A stretch of 64,000 nucleotides of DNA, taken from contig OZ176056.1 of assembly GCA_964247055.1 (NCBI GenBank), positions 2,976,001 through 3,040,000 of the forward strand, read 5' to 3'. The notes under the pieces are model-generated. The model was given only the letters and a program-made list of their open reading frames with translations, was not told where the DNA came from and searched no databases. The DNA comes from Paragordius varius. Its lineage: Eukaryota; Animalia; Nematomorpha. A program made the position numbers and the translations under genes. Positions within the stretch are counted from its first letter, which is position 1, and every line of letters begins with the position of its first letter. This document shows positions 25,801 through 37,361 of this stretch, piece by piece.

Positions 25801-26987
25801 TGAATATTTAATATTTATACATTTTATTTTTCCGGATATATAATCTTGCTTTTTTGTTTTTTTTATTTTTAACAGAAATTTCGGCCTTACTGACACAAAT
25901 ATTCAATTTGATTTGAAACAAACTAAACCAAATGTCTTATCCTTGCAAATGAACGTTGGCCAATATGAAGCTAAAGTATACGCATTTGTTTTGCAAAAAT
26001 GTTAAAAAAAGTAAAATTCAAAAAATATGCATTATATAATCTGATTTATTTAAAATTAATTAACTACATTTTATATTTGTAACAATTTACAATATGCATT
26101 TTAATGGTTGCTTTTTTCCCACTATAGTAGGGCAATGTGCAACACACAATAGTGTATCGAAAAAAGAAAGGAAAAGATTGTTTATTCAACATTTTGTGTT
26201 GTTTTTTCCATACACTACTGTTGTGTTGCGAATTGCCCAACTACTATAGTGTTAAATAAACAACCATTAAAATGCATATTACTGTATTTATATATAGCGG
26301 TTCCTCTCATAAAGAGCTTTTCATAAAAAAAAGTGCTTACTAATTACTTTATACATTTTTTCCAATTTTAGACATTAAAATCGTATTTTTATTTAATTGT
26401 TTAACATAGCACCTTCATTTGCTAATTCGATATGCAAAATTAATAATTTTTTATCATTTATGTATAATTTGGCATGATATATTATATATTTATAAAAAAA
26501 CGAGATATTTTAATTAATTGCTTAAAAACTAATTTTCGTGATGCGCATATTGAATCTTGTATTTTTCTCTCGCATTGGGTACATTATATCGGTACTTTAT
26601 ATGTAATGGTGTTAAGTTGAAATAATAATTAAAAATTTGTGATCTGAAAAAAATGCTCATTTGTTAACATTAAAATTTATTTATATTCCCTTTACACTTT
26701 AAATTAACCCCTAAACAATTTAAATTCACCTTATAATAAAAATATGTTATTTAAGATTAAAAATTACCTATATTTTTTTATATTTTTAAAAAATGAAATT
26801 TTCTTTAAAATTTAACTAATACGGAAAAAATAATAAAATACTAAACCATAAAGGTGTATTTCATATTAATAATGAGTTATATTGGCTTGAAAACAGATAA
26901 TTTATTTTTAATGTGAATTTGAATTGTTCAAGGGAAAATTGAATTGTTTCAGAGTGAATTAGAATTGTTTAAGGATGATGAATTGTT

Positions 26988-27028
<41 letters not shown>

Positions 27029-29250
27029 ATAAATTTGTGTTATTAAACAATATCTACTTTAATATTTTACAGGTTATTTGTCATAGTAAAAAAGAAGGGA
27101 AACACAAAGCTTCTCAGCATATACTACAGGTAAATTTTTTTAAATTTAAACTTTTCAAGAATATTTTGTTGGAATTATATCAATTTTTTTATTATATGTA
27201 ATGTAACAATTTTGTTTTATCATATACGTTGGCCAATTAGTTAAATGGATAGACTTTTTAATTAATTAAAATTTTTATAGCCTTCGTTAAAAATACTATC
27301 TAATCTTTATATTTGATTGTAAAAATGGCGAAAATTTTCTCTGATCCAATTTTTCTAAATAACTTGATTAATCTAATTTACCATTTGTATATGTCTTTTT
27401 TAAAAAATAGTTTGATTTATATAAATAATCCTTTTTTAAATATTCAACTAATTAACAAAAAAAATTTTCATTAAAATTTAAAAAAATGCACTTTTTTACA
27501 TATAAAATATTTTACAGAACAACCTTATTCTTTTTATGATTGATTAAAATTGTTTGTTGTTCAATAAAAATTTGTGTAAAAGCAAATAAAGCGTATTTAT
27601 TTTTTCTTTTATTACCAATATAAATACAACTAATGAAAGTTTTGAAACTATAAATGAAGCTAAATAATTTAATATCCATAGAAATAAATTAGTATATTTT
27701 ATTTAATAAATATTTTTATATCGATTTAGAGCATACATCCACAATTAGTTTATTGGTCTTCCATTTTACGGTTATATGGTCCGGCATTTAGCAAAGAACT
27801 CAAAGCTAGAAAAGTAATGCCCTTTTTATCATTTATTTGCGTAATAATCATGATTTTTATATTACAAGAATTAGGATTTATTAAATTTTTTAAAATATAC
27901 CATTTGCACTTCAAGAGTGTCTTTGAACATTTCAACTTAGTACTTGAACATTTCAAGTTAGTCCTTGAACACTTCAAGTCGGTCCTTAAAATTTTATTTT
28001 GATTTAACCATAATTATTGTATTTTTATTTTATTATTTTTTTACCTAATTTTCTTTATTTATTATATATTTATTCATTTGAAATTAAAAAATTTTATTCA
28101 AAAACAACTTTTTTGTTTCAAACTATTTTTTTCCAATTTAACAAAATTAATTTTTAAATGTTTTCAATGAAAAATTGTAAATAATAACCCAGAAAACTTA
28201 TATATTTTTTAATTACGGGTTAAAATCTCATAAATATTCAAAATTATTATAAGAAATTTATGGAGATATACGCTTTCACAATGATCAAAGGTTGATATTG
28301 ATTTAAAATTTATGTTGAATAATAGAAAATAGGTTAAAAACGAAAAAAACAGATGAATGATATAGGATTTGATGATAAAAATTAAAAACAAAACAAAAAG
28401 TCAAAGGACCAACTTGAAATGTTCAATGTCTAACTTGAATTGTTCAAGGACCAACTTGAATTATTCAAGGACCAACTTGAAATGTTCAAAGACCAACTTG
28501 AAATGTTTAAGGACCAAGAATTATTCAAGGACCAACTTGAAATGTTTAAGGACCAACTTGAATTGTTCAAGGACATGTTTAAGTGCAAATGGTATAAAAC
28601 TTAAATTTCAATCTTATTTATACATTATTTTTAGTTGGCAGAACAAAGTATAACGAGTTTACAACAACAAAAATATATTTTCTGCAATGATAAAAATGGT
28701 TTTGATAATTTGAATAATTTTGAAAAATCGAACTCATTGCCTCTTAACAATAACAATATTAATGGTGGGCCAGTTATGAATGAAACGACAAATTTTGGGC
28801 TACCTAACCTAAGCATATTGGCAAAATTACAGGAGGAAATGATAAATTTGTATGAAAGAAAGGTTTGGGTTTGTACGATTAAATTACAGTAAAAGTTAGC
28901 ATTTTTATAACAAAATATTTAATAGAAATAATAGCAGTTTGATGTATTTCAGTTTAAAAAAATTCATATTTTGTTCCTTAACCTGTCTTTTTTGGTCAAA
29001 ATAAGGAATTGAGTTTTTTAATTTGTAAATCTCTCTTTTATATTTTCCAATATTAGAGTTATTATATGAAAAAATTAAAGAATTAAATTATGGTATATGT
29101 CCAATTTTGATACTGTTGATTTTTATTAAATATATAAATTGTTTATAACATTTTCAGTTTAAAACAAAATTTATATTATTTTAAAAAATTATTTTATATC
29201 TCTAGAATACTGTGCAAACTACTCATCTCATTGGGTTACTTCCACACTAA
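13749..29250 (+). CDS. DGCR8: Microprocessor subunit DGCR8/Pasha. Exons: (13749-50, 13784-13854 tentative), 14548-15132, 16086-16685, 18434-18576, 18801-19009, 19321-19415, 20289-20358, 20803-20863, 21029-21104, 21717-21818, 22285-22383, 23183-23409, 24947-25490, 25876-25975, 27073-27129, 27730-27813, 28635-28862, (29206-29250 tentative)
   Basis: WW/Rhed motif [54 protein letters not shown]; dsRBD1 [12 protein letters not shown]...[17 protein letters not shown]; dsRBD2 [15 protein letters not shown]...[32 protein letters not shown]; C-terminal tail [13 protein letters not shown]. Splice phases are consistent from 14548 to 28862. Confidence 0.95.
13935..14379. mobile_element. Left-truncated copy of the TTAA MITE, in a DGCR8 intron
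   Basis: Matches 5160-5260 plus 10811-11070 and 49647-50216; ends GAATCGAAGTG-TTAA. Confidence 0.75.
17887..18262. mobile_element. MITE family B (TA-CCATTTACA...TGTAAATGG-TA). Other copies near 15250-15552, 19545-19680, 21419-21666, 22849-23161, 26690-26975, 31530-31910, 38764-39060, 43143-43415, 45410-45670, 63340-63613
   Basis: Inverted ends, TA flanks, about 300 bp, subterminal 21-bp unit GGGTGAATTTGAATTGTTCAA. At least ten copies, nearly all intronic. Confidence 0.85.
22768..22843. repeat. (TA)n microsatellite, one of the longest of many (others at 15173-15204, 18259-18318, 18370-18420, 20534-20562, 20921-20952, 26992-27023, 37328-37358, 46224-46261, 62520-62545)
   Basis: Read directly; these tracts account for the IYIYIY ORFs in the track. 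Confidence 0.95.
23461..24290. mobile_element. Right-truncated copy of the CMC (CACTA/Chapaev3-like) non-autonomous element
   Basis: Near-identical by eye to 47276-48020 and 60648-61460. Confidence 0.8.
26092..26280. repeat. About 190-bp imperfect palindrome (probable small foldback MITE) in a DGCR8 intron
   Basis: AATATGCATTTTAATGGTTG pairs with CAACCATTAAAATGCATATT; CACTATAGTAG-GGCAAT with ATTGCCC-AACTACTATAGTG; GCAACAC..TAGTGTAT with ATACACTA..GTGTTGC. Confidence 0.85.
27897..28594. mobile_element. MITE family D (TA-CCATTTGCACTT...AAGTGCAAATGG-TA)
   Basis: Inverted ends with TA flanks; 21-bp subterminal unit GGACCAACTTGAATTGTTCAA repeated at 28405-28570. Confidence 0.85.
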
Positions 29251-29903
29251 CTAATAATATTAATCATGTGCATTTTATAGTCCTTCCTATTTTATGTGTG
29301 CCCACGAAATAAATATATATTTTTTCCAAAGATTTTTTATTATAATATTGTGGTTATAAATATTTTATCATATACATTTACCATATTTCATATATATATA
29401 TAATATATTACATTTCGCCCCTAAAATCAACATAATTAGCCAAAAATATATTTTGCTTCATTTTTTAAATATGAAAATTCAAATCAACAATATTTAATGG
29501 AGAATAAAAAATTTAATTAATTTAATATTATTAGATCAAAAACATACATAATTGTTTTATTAATTCCAATATTTTTTTAATGTATTTCCAATATAGTTAA
29601 CAACCATTTTTTTCTAAATTAAAGGTAATATTTGTAGCCAATCAGTTTTTTAAATTAATTTTTTTCTGAAATTATGAGTTTACTTTTTTTATTCAAATTT
29701 AAAAGGGATTTAAATGTAACCTAAGTTGGTAGGGTCTCTAAAAAATAAAATTCACCTGTTATTAAAAAATAATCATATATTTTAGAATTCAATTTATTAT
29801 ACACACAATATAATAAAATTTATTAATATATATATGCCATATTATATATTATGTATTAACTCCTTTGTAGAGGTGTTGAGGATTTTAAAAATAGTTTTTA
29901 ATT

Positions 29904-31394
29904 TTAATCATTTTTTTTCTTTTTATTGGTGAAGGGATTATTTTCATAAAAAGTATCATTATTGGGATTATCGTTTTTGGGGATAAAATCATACGGGTCT
30001 TCAAACGATGAATTTGCCAGAATACTTACAATCATAAAGATGAAAAAAATTCCAAACATTCGAATCAAGATATTTATGAAAGAAAATTGTTTCAAAGCTG
30101 TATCAGGATCTAAAAAAGCAGAAAAAAAATGTAAAAATTAGATTTTTAGATAAAATTAAAGTTAAAACAGTAAGCAATTATTGATGCAATTCCAAACATT
30201 CGAATCAACATTTTTATGAAAGAAAATTGTTTCAAAGCTCTATCAGAATCTAAAAAGCAAGAAAATGTAAAAAATATAGATTTTCTCTATTAGTCTCAAC
30301 TAAGTTCAACCCTTAAAATTTAATAAAAAAAAATAAAACGTTCTAATCAACATGTTTATGAATGTAACAAAGCTGTATCAGAATCTAAAAAAGCAAAAAA
30401 AATGTAAAAATTTAGATTTTTTTAAGTTTATTTAGGATTAACCCATTAAAAAATGATAACCGTTCGGACCGCTCATAAATGTAGTCATAACCTATACAAT
30501 TTTGGCAAAGCATGGTTCATAAACTAATTATTGCATATTTGAAAATAACCTATTTTTGAAATCATCTTTTAGTTTTAACGGTTAATAAACTTATTGTAAT
30601 AATTTTACCATTTTTTTTTAATTACCAATTACCTATCGTGTAACAATAAGAATAAAAGTTAACCTATACAGTTTTGGTAAAGCCTGCTTTATTCAAGTAT
30701 TACATATTTAATAACCTATTTTCGAAATCATTCTTTTAGTTTTGACGGTTAATAAATTTAATTTAATTTTACTAATTTTTTTAAATTAATAAAACCAATT
30801 ACCTATCGTGTAACGATAAGAATAAAAGTTAACCTATACAGTTTTGGTAAAGCCTGCTTCATAAACTTTTAATTGCATATTTGGAAAAAACCTTTTCAAA
30901 TCATTCATTTAGTTTTAACGGTTAACAAACTTAATGTAATAATTTTACCAATTTTTTTTTAAATTACACCAATTACCTATCGTGTAACGATAAGAATAAA
31001 AGTTAACCTATACAGTTTTGGTAAAGCCTGCTTCATTCAAGTATTACATATTTGGAAATAACCTATTTTTCAAACCATTCTTTTAGTTTTAACGGTTAAA
31101 AAACCTAATGTAATTCCGAATATAATAAAAACCAATTACCTATCGTGTAACGATAAGAATAAAAGTTTTCAGGCGGTCTCGTATAGTAAGACGAAGAGGT
31201 TCGTTGTTGATTAGTTTGCCCTTTACCTTGGGAGGATTGTGTTGAATTGTTGCGGTTACTGGCGGAGTTTATTTCCTCATACAAATCATCAAAGTAGCTT
31301 CGATTACCATATGATTGAGACGGTTTTTCATATCTACAGCTATATTCTTCTTTGTTGGGGATACGATTATCACCACCTCTTTTAGCTGATTCGC

Positions 31395-31437
<43 letters not shown>

Positions 31438-32978
31438 CAATTTAAATTTAACTATAAACATTTGAAATTTATCTTTTGGTTTTATCCTCAAAAATCATAA
31501 ATTCACAAGTGATTTCAATCTTGATAATATAACCTTTAAACGTTTAAATTTACCCTTGAACACTTGATATTCACCCTCGAACATTCGAAATTAACTCTTA
31601 GACATTATAAATTTATCCTTAAATATTTTAATTTTCACCCTTAAACACTTTAAATTCACCCTTGAACATTTCATATTTACCCTAAAAAAATACGTTTTTG
31701 GGAATTAATAATTAAATATTTATATTTTTAAAAACAAAACTTTGTTTAAAATGAACATAATATAGAAAAAATAACAGACAATACCATAAAGAAATATTTC
31801 TTACCAATGAGTTATATACAAAAACATATAATTTATTTTAGGGTGAATTATAGATGTTTAAGGATATTTTAAAATGTTTAAGGGTGAATTTAAGGTGAAA
31901 ATGGTAAATATGGTTAAACTACAGACTTACATATTTTTAAATTTTTTTACGAATTGTACAATAAAATTTGTTTTCAGTTAAATTGCAAATTACAAAATTA
32001 TTAAACCGAAATGTTATTATTTCATTATACATTAACAATTTTTTGATACTTAAAATTTTTTTTTAAATCACAACTATGTTAAAAACAATCTTTAGTAATA
32101 ATAATATTTAAAAATTACAATTCTTCCCGTAGACTTTCTTGAATCCTAGATATCCACCAATTCGATAAAGGATGTGAAAAAGTATTTCCAAAAAATGGTG
32201 ATTTTTTATTGATAAAATCGGTAAATTCCTGTTGTTGAGCCCGCATTTGTTGGGCATATCGCTGTTCCCAATATGTCCTATCATAATTTTGCCCTTGATA
32301 ACTATTGCTATTTTGATTTGAATCTTGATGGTAACTAATTAGTAAAAAAAACTTTCATAATTAATACTTATTGTAATGTATATAGCAATAATAAAACTTT
32401 TTGGTAAAAAAAGTATTCTTTAGCCTTTTTGTTAAAACAATGTTGTAAATAATCCTCTTATCCAATATATTTTGCTGCCATATATATTTTATGTATTAAA
32501 TTGTTTCTAACAGCTAAAATTATTCAAATATATAAATTTAAAATTTTTGGGAAACTCAATTAAAATAACTAGTAGTTGTCCAATATTATACAAGATAGAA
32601 AACATGCAAAGCTTACCGATAATTTGCGGAGTCTTTAAACGGTGATGATTGATTGATAAATGAATCGTTTAAAAGTTGACGATCATAATCTTTTCGTTTT
32701 TCGACATCGGATAAACATTCATACGCCTCTGCAACTTTTCGGAATGATTCCGCAATTCTTTCTGATTCACCAGGATTTATGTGCGAAGATGAAGATTGAT
32801 TTATTCGTGCATCGGGATGGTAAATTTTACATTTTTCATAGTAAGCCTTTTTAATTGATTTGATATCGGCAGTTTTGGGTATCCCTAGAATATTATAGTA
32901 ATCTGAGACGCGTAAAACATTTGTGGTATGTAAAAATTTTATATGTCGAAAGAATGTGGGAAATGAACATTTTTGCAT
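29904..32978 (-). CDS. DnaJ/Hsp40 type III protein, probably mitochondrial and membrane-anchored (DNAJC4/DNAJC30-like). Exons 32978-32617, 32334-32119, 31393-31140, 30109-29904
   Basis: Presequence-like N-terminus, J domain DYYNILG...KKAYYEKCKIYHPD...FRKVAEAYECLSDVEKRKDYD, C-terminal hydrophobic segment ILIRMFGIFFIFMIVSILA. Splice phases are consistent. Confidence 0.88.
30060..30420 (-). repeat. Three tandem copies (period 135-140 bp) of the acceptor and 5' part of the last DnaJ exon
   Basis: TTTTTAG|AT(C/T)CTGATA(C/G)AGCTTTG recurs with AG at 30110-11, 30250-51 and 30385-86. Confidence 0.9.
30489..31168. repeat. Tandem repeat, about 4 units of 170-176 bp, overlapping the DnaJ exon-3 donor site
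   Basis: Units start near 30489, 30661, 30831 and 31007; each carries CCAATTACCTATCGTGTAAC(G/A)ATAAGAATAAAAGTT. Confidence 0.9.
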
Positions 32979-33081
32979 TGCTTCATCGATAAACTAGCCT
33001 AATATTTGTTGGTTTTTTATAAATCATATTGGTTTACTTTTTTTCGCTAACCATGAATCATTTTATTTGATCCCCTTAATT
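32979..33081. promoter_or_regulatory. Probable bidirectional promoter between DnaJ (-) and TBC1D15/17 (+)
   Basis: Inferred start codons are only about 100 bp apart, head to head. Confidence 0.6.
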
Positions 33082-36000
33082 ATGCAATTAAAAAATACAG
33101 TAATGCCGCATTTATAATATTTTTTAGGTTATTTTTGAATCCAAACAGGTATATCTGAGCCCTGGAGCCAATTATAAAGAAGGTTTAGCCGATGTACTGA
33201 TTCCAGGGGTTTTACGGATTATCCACAACGTAAAATTTTCTTATATATAATTAAAAAATATTTTTTAAAATCATATACCTTTTTTAGAAATATGGGCCAT
33301 CTCTTCAATGGTTAAGTAAGGATATATTAAATACGTCTGACGGTGATTGGGATTTATTGAATCAACATGATGATTCAAACAACAATCAGCAGGAATCGAA
33401 TGAAAAACTTGAACCAGGTTCAGTTCCTAAATCACCTTTTGTCCGTATAAGTGGTATATTTGCAAATATATTTTTTAAAACTATATTAAAAAATATTTTT
33501 CGTTATAAATTTACTTTTTATAGGTAGTTATGCATTGTATGTCAAATTTGGGAATATTTTTAATGTTTTGTCAGATTAGATGGAATCATTCAAGAATATT
33601 ATAGATATTAGTTTTGACTCTATAATAAAATAAATATTGAATCAAGTTATAAATAATTATATAAAATATAAAATTGAATCGTTTAGGCTTTTAAAACAAA
33701 AAAGGGTCGTTTTTACAACCGGAACGCGGATTTAAAGAGTTTTTTAAAAAAGGTGTTTTTTAATTAAATATATACTATTTTTGTGATATAATATTAAAAA
33801 TACTTAAATTTATTTGCAATTCTCTGATGATAAGTTTTTTTTAAATATATTTGACAAATTTTTATTATGTTAATTATTTACTGTTAAATAGGCATAAAGT
33901 ATTTATATATTTCATAAAATATAATTTTAAATTTGTATTGTTGATATATATAAAAGTTGTACGTATAATAGTTAAAAATTGCTTTGGGAGCAAATTACCT
34001 TCAAAATTAGTAAAATTATTAAATTTGTTTTTTTTGTTCTCCCTTTAGAATCTTCGTCAGACCTAATTTTCAGTCATTCACCTGCCTCCAGTGACACTCT
34101 TATTCACGCCCAAAAAGGTGAAATTGGGCACCCTGAAATTAATACGCATTCTTTTGTCCCTTCAAACATGTGTTCAGAAAAAATTAACCATACCAATAAT
34201 GATAAATACCTATTATCAAATGAAAGTTCTAGCATTATAAACGTCGGGTCTTACAAAGAATCCCCACCTAAACATATGTTTTCTCATGATGATCAGTTTG
34301 TTAAGAATAATTCGAAAGGTTCAAAACTTGTGAAAGAAATCATTACACCATATATTCATTCCTATTATAGCAATCGGATACAATTTGAATTATCTGATTT
34401 AAAATGTTACCGTTGTATAACACCTAGGAATGATCCATTTTTTACTAAAGATTTTTTAACAACAGAAAAATTGCACGAGAATTTGGCGGCTTCTGAAAGC
34501 AAGAAAACGTTTAAAAATTCTTTGATGAATTTTGAACATTCTCAAAAAAATTTGAGTAATAACAGTGAAAAAGAAACGGATTTAGATATGGAACAGGAAA
34601 ATGTTTTAGACCCTTCATCGATTTGTGCCACACCAACTCAAAGTTAATTTTTTTAATTTTATTTTTGTAAAAATGTATGTTGATTATCAAATTTTGGATT
34701 TCCGGTATTGAATGAAAACTTTAGATTTTTGGATAAATTTTAACAATTTTATATTTTTTTATAAGTTGGCTTAAATTTTGCATATTTAAAATTTGGTTTG
34801 CAAATTGGTTAGTTTTTATATCTACCTTAAGTTGTTTAGAATGGAAAATAAACGATTAAGTATTGAAAGTATTTTAGAGATTCATAAATTTTTATATTTT
34901 TTACTTTACTGAAATTTAGCAGTACTAAACATTGATTAAGGATTTTTTCATATAAAGATTTACCATTAATCTTAATTAGAAGTTACACGTTATTTTACTA
35001 AAGGAATTTTTAGCTATTTATAAATACCGAAATATTAAAATGATTTGGTATGCATTTGGATTTATCTTAACATTCATTGATTTTTAAAGTTATCATTTAC
35101 TAACAAAAGATTTAATTAATTTATGGGAATTTTTCAACATTTTATATTTTGCTTATAGTTTGATTTACAAAAAAAATTATTTTATACATTTATATTTTCA
35201 GAAAACGTAACAACTAATTTGGGTCAAACTTTACAGCATTCTTCCGATCATGATGACATCTTTCCCTGTTCCGATATTTTGTTTGACGTGGAACAAGAAA
35301 GCTTGAAAAATTCAAAAAATACTAATAATGATAATTTTAATCAAAATTCACGTTTTTCAAATACTGATAATTATAAACATAATAAAACTATTCCTGATGT
35401 TGCCCCTAGCAACGCAAATAAACCACAATTTAATTCAAAATTCATGTCAACAACGCAATTGATACCTCCATACTATGTATTTATCCTGAAGGATGGCACC
35501 ACTTTTCCTGCCTTGCAATTCCGCGATAATATGGAATCGGATGTATTTGTCGCTAATCTTTTAACGTTTTTGGAAATTAAGAGGTGTTTTTAATTGCATA
35601 AAGTTAAAATATATGGTGAAAAAAAACGGTTTTTTAGGTAGGACAGTTTTATGTTTTAATATATTCTTTTTTAAAAATGAATTAGCAAGTAGATTTAAAA
35701 AGCTACTAAAAAATTGTTGGATCAAAAGAGTTTTAAATTATTCAAAATTTTATTTTTGATGGAAAAGAGATAGAAATTTTTATGGTGAATTAGTTAAAGT
35801 TTGTAAATTATTATAACATTATATATTTATTATGGTGTTTATCACAAAAAATTAAAAATGCTTTACATTATACATTGGAATTATACAGGTTTTTTTAAAA
35901 AATTATTTGTCCTTTTAAACCTTGATTTTTCCCACATAAACCGTATAAATACAATTTAATATATATTTTTACACCCAAAATAGGTTATTTATACATATCA

Positions 36001-37324
36001 AGAGTTTTAAATATGGTTGTCTCTAAGAAAAAAAATTTTCTCTCATGATTTTTAATTTTTACTGCATTTTCTTATTTAATTTTTTTTATTTTATGGTGAA
36101 TTCTAATTATTTTTAATATTCAAATCAAAAAATCTAAATTTTTTTTTCTGTAAAATTCGAAATTATACGGACAAAACATAGAAATATAAATACAAATCGA
36201 AAAACAACCATACTTTTTTAACCCTTAATTAATCCTATAAAAATCATTTGATTACAATCCTAAAAGACATAGTCTATTGTTGTGTTACCAATTTACATTT
36301 CTATTTTATACTTTGCAGCAGTTTGAAACAATCAATTATATTTAAAAAAATTAAGATTTACAAAAAATATGGTTATATTTTACAAAAAAAAAATATTTTT
36401 GTCCGTATAATTCCAATTTTTACTGTAAGTTAATTTAAATTAATATAAATAGATCATACAAAGAAAATGACATGTACATGGTTAAAGATAATCGTGAACG
36501 AGCTTTAGAAAAATCCATCCATGAACTCCAACTCTCAGAAGAAAAGGGCATGAAGGAGGACTTGATTTCAGTTTTATAATTTTTTATACAAAAAAAATTA
36601 AATTTTTAAAAAATTTTGTAAAATTCTGTAAAATGTTATTAATTTTATTTTTTGTTTAAAATAGAAGGCAAAAACTAACTTACCATCACATTTTCACAAT
36701 AATTTTATATTTAAGTTTTAAATATTTATCTTTTAGGTTTTTAATTAGAACCTTATCTGTAAATAATTTTACGGCATTATGCCTTTAATTTATTGCATAT
36801 TAATTTTTTTTCAGGTGGTATGTTTTTAAATTAAAGGGTGGAACATTAAAAAGAATTAATACATCTGTTAACGGTTTTTTTGGAATCTAGTTTAGATGAC
36901 CCATGCGTTGAAATTGAAGCGTTTAAGAAAGCGGAATCATTTAAATTAGAGATCAAAAACGGAAAAAAAATTCGGATTTAAGCTAAAAACTAAATTTTCT
37001 ATTTTTAACTCTATTTTTTTACAAACTATGAGTGTAACCATTCCTAATTTAATCTTCTTTAAAACTGATTGTTTTTTATTTCCGGTTGCCATATACTGTG
37101 TAATTGGCAAAAGACAGCACAATTGAATATTCATTTTTGAATATTAGTCCGATTAAAAAACGAAACTTAAACGAGAAAAGCTTTTAATTTTTTAAAATGT
37201 TTTTGGTACTCTGCTAAAAATATATGAAATTATTGCAAATTCCCCTAGTGATTTTAGTTTTTGCAGCAGCCTTTAAATTTAAATAATATTGTTGGATAGA
37301 AGAAAAGCAAATGAAAATTTGATA

Positions 37325-37361
<37 letters not shown>

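Noticed and set aside
28405-28570. Regularly spaced short repeats resembling a CRISPR array (also 37380-37550)
   Set aside because: Head-to-tail 21-bp units without unique spacers, eukaryotic context, no cas genes.
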